DNA from: Cenarchaeum sp.
GTDB lineage: Archaea; Thermoproteota; Nitrososphaeria; Nitrososphaerales; Nitrosopumilaceae
DNA length: 64,000 bases
Direction of reading: 5' to 3'
NCBI GenBank assembly: GCA_965206845.1
Contig: OZ242221.1
Coordinates: forward strand, 608,001 to 672,000
Numbering within the stretch: position 1 is the first letter of the stretch; each line of letters starts with the position of its first letter. This document shows positions 1 to 9,800 of this stretch, in pieces. A program made the translations under genes and the position numbers. The notes under the pieces were generated by a model. It had not been told where the DNA came from. It did no database searches and saw only the letters and a list, made by a program, of their open reading frames with translations.

Positions 1-1
1 G

Positions 2-217
2 CCAAGGAACAGGATCGCCGTCGAGTTTACCGAAGGCATAATCCTAGGCTCCAAGTCCATAGCACTGCGCGGAGGCGGTGACGGCACGACACTTGAGGCG
101 CGGTGGGACATCACGATGTCTGGAATGATGGGCATCTTTACCGGCATGATAAAAAAGCACATCCGAAGCGGAACCGAGCAGGCGCTTTACGCAATAAAGG
201 AGAAGGCAGAGGGGTGA
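2..217 (+). CDS. SRPBCC/START-like (polyketide cyclase family) protein, C-terminal part, truncated by window edge
   Basis: Frame 2 reads ...RIAVEFTEGIILGSKSIALRGGGDGTTLEARWDITMSGMMGIFTGMIKKHIRSGTEQALYAIKEKAEG*; the beta strands and long C-terminal helix fit SRPBCC; stop overlaps the next GTG (GTGA). Confidence 0.6.
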   Translation, partial: PRNRIAVEFTEGIILGSKSIALRGGGDGTTLEARWDITMSGMMGIFTGMIKKHIRSGTEQALYAIKEKAEG

Positions 218-1437
218 CAGATATAGAGATCGCAGTAGTGGTAATTCACTATATCCTGGCAGCAGTTATGATAGCCGTTGCCGTAACTTGGGTGTGGCTG
301 ATAAGAACCATGCAGAGAACACTTGCAAAGACGCCTCTCCTTGACGAGTTCCAGGCAGCCGACCACACGAGTCCCAAAGTGTCGGTAATCCTGCCTGCAA
401 GAAACGAAGAGAAGTACCTCGAAGGGTGCCTCGACTCGCTGCTGAGCCAAGACTATGCAAACTATGAGATAGTTGTAGTGGACGACTCGTCCCAAGACAG
501 AACGGGACAGATAATTCAGAACTATGCCAAAAAGGATCCCCGCGTGATCCATGTCGCTGCCAGGCCCAAGCCAGATGACTGGATGGGAAAGAGCTGGGCA
601 TGCAGCGAGGGATACCGCAAGGCATCAGGCACCCTGCTGCTCCTTACCGATGCCGACACAAAGCACTCCAGCAACGCAGTCTCGCTTGCAGTCGCGCACC
701 TTCTGTCTGCCGGACTAGATGCGCTGACGGCCGGTCCGCGGATACTGTGCTTTGACTTCTGGACTAGGATTGTCCTGCCAGTGATCTCCACGTTTCTTCA
801 CACCCAATTCTCCGCACTACGGGCAAACGATCCATCCAATAAGTTTGGGTACTTTTTTGGCAGCTTCTTCATCATAAAGAGAGAGACATACGATGCGGTG
901 GGAACGCACGAGGCGGTAAGGCATGAGATCATTGAGGATGGCGCGCTGGGAGCGATGGTGAAGCAATCCGGGCACAAGATGAAAGTGGTGCGGGGAGATC
1001 ACCTCATCGACGCGGTGTGGGCCCGCGACGCATCTACCTTGTGGAATGCCATAAAGCGCACGATGGTTCCAGTGTACCGGCAGAGCAGATCTGCCGCGAT
1101 GGGCATCACCGCAGCCACGACGTTTCTGTTCTTTATGCCGCTTCTGCTTCTGGCATACTCTGCACTGCATACAGCATCAGGATATGCCGGCGCGGACTCT
1201 GGCGTCCTGCTGTGGGCCTCGCTGGCTGCATTGCTTCTCGTATATACAGCCGGCATTATCGAGTGCCGAGCCATGCAGGTCGGGATCCGGTACGCAGTCC
1301 TGATACCCCTTGGAGGCCTCGTAATGACGCTGGGTTTTCTGAGCGGCCTGATTCACGCAAAGAGCGACACCGCAGTATCATGGAGAAACAGGGACTACGC
1401 GATGAAGGATCGCTTCAGAAGCCCGGCGGCCACGTAG
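214..1437 (+). CDS. Glycosyltransferase family 2, membrane-bound (HpnB/CrtQ-like)
   Basis: VSVILPARNEE, VVDDSSQD, WMGK, TDAD (DxD), IIEDG; N- and C-terminal TM helices; GTG at 214 overlaps the upstream stop. Confidence 0.85.
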   Translation: MTDIEIAVVVIHYILAAVMIAVAVTWVWLIRTMQRTLAKTPLLDEFQAADHTSPKVSVILPARNEEKYLEGCLDSLLSQDYANYEIVVVDDSSQDRTGQIIQNYAKKDPRVIHVAARPKPDDWMGKSWACSEGYRKASGTLLLLTDADTKHSSNAVSLAVAHLLSAGLDALTAGPRILCFDFWTRIVLPVISTFLHTQFSALRANDPSNKFGYFFGSFFIIKRETYDAVGTHEAVRHEIIEDGALGAMVKQSGHKMKVVRGDHLIDAVWARDASTLWNAIKRTMVPVYRQSRSAAMGITAATTFLFFMPLLLLAYSALHTASGYAGADSGVLLWASLAALLLVYTAGIIECRAMQVGIRYAVLIPLGGLVMTLGFLSGLIHAKSDTAVSWRNRDYAMKDRFRSPAAT

Positions 1438-1714
1438 CGTCCGGTGACACATCAGGCACCCCGGTGCTGCCATGATCTTGCAGGAGGCGCAGGCGACGGA
1501 TCTGGGAAAGGCCGGCAAGATCGGAGATCCCTGCGGTGCGGGGCCGTACGCACCATTAACTCGCCAGGGCATGCGGCATGGATTGCAGGGGATGGCATGC
1601 GGCACTAGCACGAAGTCGCCTGCTGCATCGAGTCAGACGCGAGTATACGCCTGAAACGCGTGTGCCCAGATGGAGACGCGGCTTCGTGTCAAACCCAAGC
1701 TTTTTAGAAAGTTG

Positions 1715-2917
1715 ATGCAAACACATGTAGATTTGAAATCTGCCCTAGTTATGACGGTTGTAGCTGTGATAGCCATAGCCATGGTAGCAGCGGCGCTGCT
1801 TTCGTGGCCGGTTCCGGATGTAGAACCACTTCAGACTCCTGCCCAAGGTACTCTAGATGTGCCGAAGGCCATCACAGATGAGACTTCCCTGCCGGTTCCG
1901 GCAGCGGCAGACGAAGGCAGGGCAGTACCGGTCAGCACCGACATCCTTACGCTGGTAGACATATTTGAGCAGAACGAGGCGGGGGTTGTAAGGGTGAGCG
2001 TGCAGAGGCCGGACACCCTCGACATCGGAAGAATCGGCTCCGGCTTTGTATTTGACAAGCAGGGCCACATAGTCACCAACGCGCATGTGGTCAGCGACGC
2101 GACAAAGATTGTGGTTACACTCACCGACGGCATGGAGTACAATGCAGAATTGACAGGGATGGATCCCTTTACGGACATAGCCGTGATAAGGATAGATGCG
2201 GATCCCTCCACACTGCACCCCATGGTGCTGGGGGACTCGTCCAACCTCAGGGTGGGTGAGCAGGTTGCCGCAATCGGAAACCCCTTTGGGCTGTCAGGCT
2301 CGATGACCGCCGGAATAGTCAGCCAGATAGGGAGGCTGATTCCGGCCCATGAGAGTGGCTTTTCCATACCCGAGGCCATACAGACGGATGCGGCCATAAA
2401 CCCTGGAAACTCCGGGGGCCCGCTACTGAATATGTGGGGCGGTGTGGTGGGAATCAACACGGCAATCCAGTCCGGTACCGGCCAGTTTGCCGGTGTGGGG
2501 TTTGCGGTGCCGTCCCAGACGGTAGCAAAGATAGTTCCAAGCCTGATCAGGGACGGGGAGTACAGGCACCCATGGCTGGGAGTTACGGGCCAGAACATAG
2601 ATCCTGACCTGGCCCGGCTGCTGAACCTGACAGACACCCTGGGCTTTCTGATAGTGGATGTGGTCCCGGACAGCCCTGCATCAGAGGCCGGACTCCATGG
2701 AACTACGCAGGTGATATCGTCTGACGGCGTGGACTATCTCGTCGGGGGAGACATTGTCCGCTCGATAGACGGAGTCGAGGTAAGGAAGATAGACGACATA
2801 CTGATCCACCTGCAGAGAAACAAGGCGGTTGGCGATCAGGCCGTTCTGGAGATCCTGAGGGACGGCAGCATTCTTGAGATCACGGTATCCCTGGGAGAGA
2901 GGCCGTCCTCTAGATAG
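1715..2917 (+). CDS. HtrA/DegP-like trypsin serine protease with PDZ domain, membrane anchored
   Basis: GSGF, TNAHVV (His), TDIAV (Asp), QTDAAINPGNSGGPL (Ser), C-terminal PDZ; ATG 1715 follows TTTTTAGAAA. Confidence 0.92.
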   Translation: MQTHVDLKSALVMTVVAVIAIAMVAAALLSWPVPDVEPLQTPAQGTLDVPKAITDETSLPVPAAADEGRAVPVSTDILTLVDIFEQNEAGVVRVSVQRPDTLDIGRIGSGFVFDKQGHIVTNAHVVSDATKIVVTLTDGMEYNAELTGMDPFTDIAVIRIDADPSTLHPMVLGDSSNLRVGEQVAAIGNPFGLSGSMTAGIVSQIGRLIPAHESGFSIPEAIQTDAAINPGNSGGPLLNMWGGVVGINTAIQSGTGQFAGVGFAVPSQTVAKIVPSLIRDGEYRHPWLGVTGQNIDPDLARLLNLTDTLGFLIVDVVPDSPASEAGLHGTTQVISSDGVDYLVGGDIVRSIDGVEVRKIDDILIHLQRNKAVGDQAVLEILRDGSILEITVSLGERPSSR

Positions 2918-3100
2918 CCCCGATGCGCAGACGCCATCCGGGATCCATGGTATCGCCAGAGGGCCGGCGGCAATGCAGGATCGCTTGCATCTGGCCACAT
3001 ACGAGAACCCGACGGAGTCGCCCGTGTCCAAATGCGGGCGCGGCGTCACATCGGCGGGGGCGATGCAAAGATAAATACCGCATCTCAGAGAGAACCATCA

Positions 3101-4270
3101 TTGAGCAAACTCGTTCTGAGCTCAGAGTCATTAAACGGAATTCTTGATGGGAAGAGGGCATCACGCGACGACCTGCTTCAGGCATATGCAGAATCCTTGG
3201 ACGATCCCCGGGATCTTCTTGGTTTGGCGCAGACCCTCAGGGAGAAGAACAAGGGCCGCACCATCACATTCTCAAAGAAGGCGTTCTTCAATGCAATAAA
3301 CATGTGCAGGGACACCTGCTCGTACTGCACGTACCGGGCCGAGCCCGGCGATGCAAAGGCATCCATGATGCCCGTATCTCGAGTCCGGGAGCTTTTGCAG
3401 ATGGCAAAGAGGTATCGCTGCGTTGAGGCCCTCTTTGTTACCGGCGAGAGGCCCGAGGAGAGATATCCCCAGGTCAGGAGCTGGCTGCTCCGCGAGGGCT
3501 TTTCTGGCACCGCCGAGTACCTTGCCTGCTGCTCCCAGCTGGCCCTAGATGAGGGCCTGTTCCCGCACACCAACGCCGGCAATCTGCATGCAGACGAGCT
3601 TCACCTGTTAAAAGGCACAAACGTCAGCCTCGGCCTCATGCTTGAGAGCTCCAGCGCCAGACTTGCAGAGAGGGGCATGCCGCACCATCAGGCGCCCAGC
3701 AAGGTTCCTGCTGCCAGGCTAGAGGTGCTGGAGAATGCTGGCAGGCTGCGAATTCCCATGACCACCGGCATTCTGGTCGGAATAGGCGAGACGTCAGAAG
3801 AGATGATAGACTCGATTCTTGCCATGCGGAGCCTTCACGAGAGGTACGGCCACATACAGGAGATAATTCTGCAGAACTTTCAGCCAGAGCCCGGCACCGC
3901 AATGGGCAAGCGGCCCGGCGCGCAGGCAGCCTACTTTACGCGCGCCGTTGCGCTGGCAAGGATTGCCATGCCGGACATGAACATACAGGTTCCGCCTAAC
4001 CTCTCGCCGGACTCGTACCAGGACTTTCTTCTGGCCGGGATAAACGACTGGGGAGGGATATCCCCTATCACTCCGGACTTTGTAAACCCCGAATTTCCGT
4101 GGCCACAGCTGGCTCGCGTGGACGGACTGTCTAGGGCAGCCGGCTTTGAGCTCAAGTGCAGGTTTCCGGTGTATCCCGAGTTTGCTCAGATGGTGCCACA
4201 GGATCTGAGGGAGCGTATGCTACCGATGCAGGACGACTGTGGACTTGTAAGGGAGGACTACTGGAGATGA
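3101..4270 (+). CDS. cofG: FO synthase subunit CofG (radical SAM, F420 biosynthesis)
   Basis: CRDTCSYC, EALFVTGERP, PHTNAG, TTGILVGIGE, QVPPNL, NDWGGISP; TTG start inferred. Confidence 0.92.
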   Translation: MSKLVLSSESLNGILDGKRASRDDLLQAYAESLDDPRDLLGLAQTLREKNKGRTITFSKKAFFNAINMCRDTCSYCTYRAEPGDAKASMMPVSRVRELLQMAKRYRCVEALFVTGERPEERYPQVRSWLLREGFSGTAEYLACCSQLALDEGLFPHTNAGNLHADELHLLKGTNVSLGLMLESSSARLAERGMPHHQAPSKVPAARLEVLENAGRLRIPMTTGILVGIGETSEEMIDSILAMRSLHERYGHIQEIILQNFQPEPGTAMGKRPGAQAAYFTRAVALARIAMPDMNIQVPPNLSPDSYQDFLLAGINDWGGISPITPDFVNPEFPWPQLARVDGLSRAAGFELKCRFPVYPEFAQMVPQDLRERMLPMQDDCGLVREDYWR

Positions 4271-5514
4271 ATGCAGAGGCGCTGCTCCACGAGGCAGACC
4301 CGCTGGTATCACAGGCGCTGGAGCGCGCGCTATCAGATAGGGAGGTATCAGAGAGTGACGCGCTGATCCTGCTACAGGCCCGCGGCGCCGACTTTCATCT
4401 GGTTGGAATGGTAGCCGACGAGCTTCGCAGGCGCAGCGCCGGCGACCTAGTGACATACGTTGTAAATCGCAACATCAACTTTACAAACGTCTGCATCAAG
4501 CAGTGTGGCTTTTGCGCGTTCAGCCGGGACTTTAGGGAGGAGGAGGGATACTACCTTCCGCCATCAGAGATAGTGAGGCGCGCAGCCGAGGCGCACCGGA
4601 TGGGGGCCACCGAGGTATGCGTCCAAGCCGGCCTGCCCCCGGACATGCCCGGCGACACCTACGAGAAGATATGCCGTGCCATCAAGTCCGAGATACCAGA
4701 CATCCACATACACGGGTTCTCGCCCGAGGAGGTACTGTATGGCGCCGCAAGATCCGGCGTCACGGTGGTGGAGTTTCTGCGCAGGCTCAAAGAAGCCGGC
4801 GTAGACACCCTGCCAGGAACGTCTGCAGAGATACTGGACCAGGGGCTCCGCGACAGGATCTCGCCGGGAAGGATCACGGTAAAGGAGTGGGTGGGCGTGA
4901 TAACTGCCGCCCACAGGATGGGAATCCGCACAACATCCACCATGATGTTTGGACACCTAGAGTCACTCCAGGACAGGGTGCGGCACATTGCCAAGATACG
5001 CGACATCCAGAAGGAGACCGGGGGGTTTACCGAGTTTGTTCCGCTGAACTTCATCCACACAGAGGCGCCGATGTATGCAAGGAACCTGCACGACGGCATC
5101 AAGTCTGGAGCGTCAGCTCCGGATGTCATGCTGACCCACGCGGTATCAAGGATCATGCTGAACGGCCTCATAGACAACATCCAGATGTCTTGGGTCAAGG
5201 AGGGGCCGAGGTTTGCGCAGGTGCTTTTGGGCTGGGGCGCCAACGACTTTGGCGGGACGCTGATAAACGAGAGCATCTCCACATCTGCAGGGGCATCACA
5301 CGGGCAGCTGCTAAGACCCAAGCAGATCCGGCAGCTGGCAAGGGACATCGGAAGGACTCCCGCCGAGCGCGACACGAGATACGGGATCATCAGGACGTTT
5401 GACGACGAGCCTAAGGAAGGCGCACTGGATGTGGCAGCAGACTCGCAGTTTGGATCCTACTTTGAGCTCGTCAAGATCAAAAAGTTCCGATACGACAATC
5501 CGCGGACAAGGTAA
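4267..5514 (+). CDS. cofH: FO synthase subunit CofH (radical SAM)
   Basis: NRNINFTNVCIKQCGFC, PGTSAEIL, TSTMMFGH, FTEFVPL, SWVK, GANDFGGT; ATGA overlap with cofG. Confidence 0.92.
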   Translation: MNAEALLHEADPLVSQALERALSDREVSESDALILLQARGADFHLVGMVADELRRRSAGDLVTYVVNRNINFTNVCIKQCGFCAFSRDFREEEGYYLPPSEIVRRAAEAHRMGATEVCVQAGLPPDMPGDTYEKICRAIKSEIPDIHIHGFSPEEVLYGAARSGVTVVEFLRRLKEAGVDTLPGTSAEILDQGLRDRISPGRITVKEWVGVITAAHRMGIRTTSTMMFGHLESLQDRVRHIAKIRDIQKETGGFTEFVPLNFIHTEAPMYARNLHDGIKSGASAPDVMLTHAVSRIMLNGLIDNIQMSWVKEGPRFAQVLLGWGANDFGGTLINESISTSAGASHGQLLRPKQIRQLARDIGRTPAERDTRYGIIRTFDDEPKEGALDVAADSQFGSYFELVKIKKFRYDNPRTR

Positions 5515-5527
5515 GCTTCTACGCGCA

Positions 5528-6073
5528 TCACTGCCGCTGCCTTAGCGCCCCGGATATCAGCCATCCCGCAACCAGCATACTCCCGATCTTCAGCCCCGTG
5601 CCGAGATCTGTCTTGGTTTTTGGTTCTGGGAGCTGCAGGATCGACTCCTCGATGATCTTTTTTACGTATTTTTGCGATTTGTTGTGGTATATCCACAGCG
5701 TGCCAAAATAGTGCAAGATTATGCTCATGCCCTCCTTGAGGGCCGGAATCCACCTGTAGGTCAGGTGCTCGATATACTCGCTTGATACCTCCACCTCGCC
5801 GTCGAGCTGTATGCGGTCGCCGTGCCGGTAGAACCGGAAGTGGATCTGCCAGTCGCCGATTCTCTTTACCACTCCGCGGCCGAGCTGGCCCCCTTTGGTA
5901 AACTCCATACTGGTTTTGCAGAAGCCCTCCCTTGCAAATATGTCTCGCACATCACTTTCGGACTTGTCAGTCTCAACCACCAGCTGCCTGCTCTTCCAAG
6001 AATCCTCGGCCATCTGAACCATGGTTCCGTCCTCCAGCTCCACCGTCTGTGGGTACGAGATCGAGACCGTCAT
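5528..6073 (-). CDS. Hypothetical protein with C-terminal TM anchor
   Basis: 181-aa ORF with protein-like composition, AT-rich box upstream, hydrophobic C-terminus. Confidence 0.7.
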   Translation of the reverse strand: MTVSISYPQTVELEDGTMVQMAEDSWKSRQLVVETDKSESDVRDIFAREGFCKTSMEFTKGGQLGRGVVKRIGDWQIHFRFYRHGDRIQLDGEVEVSSEYIEHLTYRWIPALKEGMSIILHYFGTLWIYHNKSQKYVKKIIEESILQLPEPKTKTDLGTGLKIGSMLVAGWLISGALRQRQ

Positions 6074-6319
6074 CTGTAAGGAGTTGCCGCTCAGTCTTTA
6101 TTAGTTCTGTTGTTCTAGGTTTCTTTTACATGAATTCATGATCAGTGCAAGGCCGTGATCAAAAAATGCACCATCGAATGTCAGATGAACCCAGACCTTA
6201 CTAACTCGCATAAAGCGACAAAGAGGCGTTATGCTTTCCTGCAGCTTCTGCACCACGACTGAGGCCTAGCCATCCCATTCGCGTTGCGAAAACCGAACTT
6301 TTTTCAGCTTCCAACCCCG

Positions 6320-7273
6320 CTAGAGCGAGCAGCATTCATAGCCGATTCCTGCACCAATGCCGGTCAGAAACTGGTAGATCAGGTACCCCGCAAGCAGTCC
6401 GATTCCCACCGCCTTGCCAATCCTGCCCATCCGCAGTCCCACAAGCATCACCATGCTAAACGCAATCATCACCACATAGTCAGCAAAGACCTGCTGCGCC
6501 ACAACGATTCCAGACAGCGTAGCCGATATCCCGACTATCATCAGTATGTTGTAGATGTTGCTTCCGATGATGTTTCCGATGCCGATGTCTGTATACCCTC
6601 TCCTGATGGCAATTACCGAGGTGATCAGCTCCGGCAGGGACGTGCCGATGGCTATGACCGTCAGGCCGATGTACCGATCCGAAACACCAAAGCTCTGCGC
6701 CAGCGCCTCTGCGTTGTCTATCGTAAGTATGGCCCCGATCCCGAGAAGGGCAACGCCCGCGCCGATGAGTAACACGGACTTTGGCACTGTCTTGTCTGCT
6801 GGTGTACCCTCTATCTTGGCTGCCTTCTTTCTTGAGCTCCGGTACATGTAAGCGGTAAAGGCGATCAGCAGTACGACCAGAACCGTGCCTTCCAGATGGG
6901 AGATCTCGCCGCCAACCGACAGCGCCACCAGCAGAACCGAGAACCCGATCATGACGGGGATCTCTATCCTCAAGGATCCCTTCTTTATTATCAGTGGAGC
7001 CATAATTGCGGCCACGCCTATCACCATCCCGATGTTCGCTATGTTGCTGCCGACCACGTTGCCGAGGATTATTTCCCCGTTGTCCCCGGCAGCTAGGCTG
7101 GCGGCAAGCTCCGGTGTTGACGTTCCCATGGCAACTATGGTTATGCCGATCACCATGGGACTTATTCCGAACCTCCTGGCCACGCTTATGCCGCCGCCGA
7201 CAAGCCAGTGTCCCCCAAAGCACAGCATGACTATCCCTGCAGCGGTCAGGACCACGTTCAGCACAACGTCCAT
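6320..7273 (-). CDS. Calcium/sodium antiporter (YrbG/NCX family)
   Basis: Two alpha repeats GTSTPEL/GTSLPEL and GNVVGSN/GNIIGSN; about 10 TM helices. Confidence 0.92.
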   Translation of the reverse strand: MDVVLNVVLTAAGIVMLCFGGHWLVGGGISVARRFGISPMVIGITIVAMGTSTPELAASLAAGDNGEIILGNVVGSNIANIGMVIGVAAIMAPLIIKKGSLRIEIPVMIGFSVLLVALSVGGEISHLEGTVLVVLLIAFTAYMYRSSRKKAAKIEGTPADKTVPKSVLLIGAGVALLGIGAILTIDNAEALAQSFGVSDRYIGLTVIAIGTSLPELITSVIAIRRGYTDIGIGNIIGSNIYNILMIVGISATLSGIVVAQQVFADYVVMIAFSMVMLVGLRMGRIGKAVGIGLLAGYLIYQFLTGIGAGIGYECCSL

Positions 7274-7440
7274 ACCGGGCAGTGGATCGTGTGCTCTTTA
7301 AATTATGTAGTACATGGCGGCACCGTGGGAGACGCCACCACTCGGTATGTCCACATGCCTGCTTTGCTGCCATCAGGCAAGCACGGCGAAACAAAAGATA
7401 CCTGCCTGCCATGATCCCGGACAGCGTGTCGTAGAGTGCG

Positions 7441-7785
7441 CTAGCTGCCTTTCTCCATGAATAGGTTCAGAATGGTGCGGCCCCGGTCGGTCAGCGAGTA
7501 GTAGGCGCACCGCTTTGACTGCTCCCGCCGGATAAAGTTGTAGCTCCTGCAGAGATGCAGGTAGGCGATAAATGACTTTTTCATGCGTATCTTGGAGTCG
7601 CGGTACAGTTCGGTGAAGGTGGCCGCACCTCCCGTCAACGGGTACAACACCTTTATGATCGACAGGGCGCTGTAGTCACGGGCCCTTGCAGTTATGGCAT
7701 CAAGAACCTGTCCCTGCCGCTCCACTATGAAATCACTGCAGCAGTCTGCCAGGTCTGTCTGGATGTATGTTAGGTGTAGTCGCAT
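7441..7785 (-). CDS. Winged-helix DNA-binding protein
   Basis: TFTELY...KKSFIAYL...YSLTDRGRTIL, a typical wHTH wing ending. Confidence 0.7.
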   Translation of the reverse strand: MRLHLTYIQTDLADCCSDFIVERQGQVLDAITARARDYSALSIIKVLYPLTGGAATFTELYRDSKIRMKKSFIAYLHLCRSYNFIRREQSKRCAYYSLTDRGRTILNLFMEKGS

Positions 7786-7786
7786 G

Positions 7787-7805
7787 ATACTGTACTATAC
7801 AGTAT
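7787..7805. promoter_or_regulatory. Perfect inverted repeat ATACTGTA-CTA-TACAGTAT, candidate operator
   Basis: 8-bp arms with 3-bp spacer, between the TATA-like TTAATAAG (minus strand, about 7811-7818) and the ATG of the wHTH gene. Confidence 0.55.
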
Positions 7806-7991
7806 AATACCTTATTAAGCTTGTTCTGCTACCAAGTGTCACAGGCCTTCCCGGCGATCTGTCGCAAGACAGGGGTCAAATCCAAGCATTCCGGAGATCA
7901 CAAAAGAGGCATCGGATTCCAGCATGCGCCAAGGCATGGAAGATCCAAGAGTGGGAAGATTAACTAGTAGGTGACCCCGCACATCAACACG

Positions 7992-9011
7992 ATGACGCTC
8001 TCATACAAGGAGGTAGGCGTTGACGTACCCGGCATTGAACGCAGTCTGTCCGGCATGGCCAAGCTTGTCTCCTCCACGCACGGGCTGCAGAGGAAGGCAG
8101 GCGTCACGCGGGGGTTCGGACACTATGCAGGAATCGTGGAGATTCCTGGCGGGGATCTTATCGCAACACACACCGACGGCGTGGGAACAAAGACCATGAT
8201 CGCCAGCCAGATGAAAAGATACGACACCGTCGGAATCGACTGCATGGCAATGAACGTAAACGACATAGTCTGCGTGGGCGCCACGCCCATCTCATTTGTG
8301 GATTATATCGCGGCAAACACGAACAACGCGGAGATACTCCAGGACATCGTCCGGGGTCTGGTGGTGGGGGCAAAGATGGCCCATGTTCCCATAGTCGGGG
8401 GCGAGACTGCCATCATGCCGGATCTCTTTGCGGGAGAGGAGTTTATCTTTGATCTGGCAGGTGCCGTGGTCGGCCTGATCCCCGGGGGACGCATGATGCT
8501 GGGCGACGCAATAGAGCCTGGCGACGTGATAATCGGCGCAGAGAGCACCGGCATACACTCAAACGGGTACACCCTGGCGCGCAAGGCGCTGGCAGGGTAT
8601 TCCCTGACAGAATCCATCGAAGGCGTGGGTATCCTGGGCAACGCACTCCTTGAACCCACTGCAATCTACTCCGAGCCCGTCCTTGAGGCCGTCGAGGGAT
8701 GCGAGGTACACGGCCTTGCCCACATAACAGGCGGCTCCTTTACCAAGCTGCTAAGACTCAAGGACGCGGGATACCAGATAGACTCCCTGCCAGAGACGCC
8801 TCCGATAATGCGGCTGATTCAGGACCAGGGGATCAGCAGGACAGAGATGTACAAGACATTCAACATGGGTGTGGGCTTTTGCATAATCGCGCCGGAGGAT
8901 CAGGCATCCTCGATAGCCGGCATCTTCGGGCGGCACGAGATCAGAACCCATGAGATAGGCAGGATCGTCCACGGGAATGGCGTGTTTGTAAACGCGGAGA
9001 GAGTCGCGTGA
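7992..9011 (+). CDS. purM: Phosphoribosylformylglycinamidine cyclo-ligase
   Basis: YKEVGVD, TDGVGTK, MNVND, GGETA, GIHSNGY, HITGG, TFNMGVG. Confidence 0.95.
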   Translation: MTLSYKEVGVDVPGIERSLSGMAKLVSSTHGLQRKAGVTRGFGHYAGIVEIPGGDLIATHTDGVGTKTMIASQMKRYDTVGIDCMAMNVNDIVCVGATPISFVDYIAANTNNAEILQDIVRGLVVGAKMAHVPIVGGETAIMPDLFAGEEFIFDLAGAVVGLIPGGRMMLGDAIEPGDVIIGAESTGIHSNGYTLARKALAGYSLTESIEGVGILGNALLEPTAIYSEPVLEAVEGCEVHGLAHITGGSFTKLLRLKDAGYQIDSLPETPPIMRLIQDQGISRTEMYKTFNMGVGFCIIAPEDQASSIAGIFGRHEIRTHEIGRIVHGNGVFVNAERVA

Positions 9012-9023
9012 CAGAGAGTTACG

Positions 9024-9734
9024 TCAAGATAGGCTGCACGGCAGACTCGGCCTCTCCAGCACCACCCGGCCCGTCCTCTCTAGGCAGACCTTGATGGCCC
9101 GAACCTCCAAGCCGTCCCCTGCCGCCGGAGCCAGATCCCTGGCAAAGACAGGATCCCCCGACGGGCTGGGCGCAAAGGACTCCGCCTCCGGGTGGGTCAC
9201 AATAAAGAGGAGCACGCTGCGGCATCCCGCGGCCAGCCTTCTCATGGTGGCCAGGTGCTTCTGCCCCCGGACCGTGGGGCAGTCAGGAAAGGATCCCGCG
9301 CCGCCGGGACCCAGCATGGCCGCCGACTTGACCTCAAGGAATCCCGTATCGCCGGATACAGACTCGATCTCAAAGTCGATTCTTGACTCCCCCACCGTGA
9401 CCTCGCGCCTTCTTATCCTCCAGCCATCAAGCCACGGAATCAGTCCCCGCGCCGCTGCCTCCTCAAACGCCCGGGACTGTTCTGCCGGGTCGATCAGCAC
9501 CACGCCTCCCCGCTCAGACACTGCGGCAATCAGCCTCAGAGTGGTCCTGGCGGACACCCTTGGAACGCAGATGCACGTATTTCCCGGGTATATCAGATCC
9601 AGCAACCTTCCGGAGTTGGTCAGGTGCGCCAGGTGCTCCCCTCCCTGCAGGTCCCTCACGGAGACCGCAAAGCGGTTCCTTCTTTTTATCACCTCGCACT
9701 CCAGTAGGCCGTCGTGCCTGTAGAGCGTACTCAT
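9024..9734 (-). CDS. sfsA: SfsA family DNA/RNA nuclease-fold protein
   Basis: RRNRF, HLTNSGRL, SRIDF, EVKS, FPDCPTVRGQKHL; start chosen about 24 nt after TTTAAA. Confidence 0.88.
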   Translation of the reverse strand: MSTLYRHDGLLECEVIKRRNRFAVSVRDLQGGEHLAHLTNSGRLLDLIYPGNTCICVPRVSARTTLRLIAAVSERGGVVLIDPAEQSRAFEEAAARGLIPWLDGWRIRRREVTVGESRIDFEIESVSGDTGFLEVKSAAMLGPGGAGSFPDCPTVRGQKHLATMRRLAAGCRSVLLFIVTHPEAESFAPSPSGDPVFARDLAPAAGDGLEVRAIKVCLERTGRVVLERPSLPCSLS

Positions 9735-9800
9735 GAGAGGCATCATGGCACACACGATTTAAACCCCCAGGGCATCGCCTTCCGCACTCCAGGGAGACGC

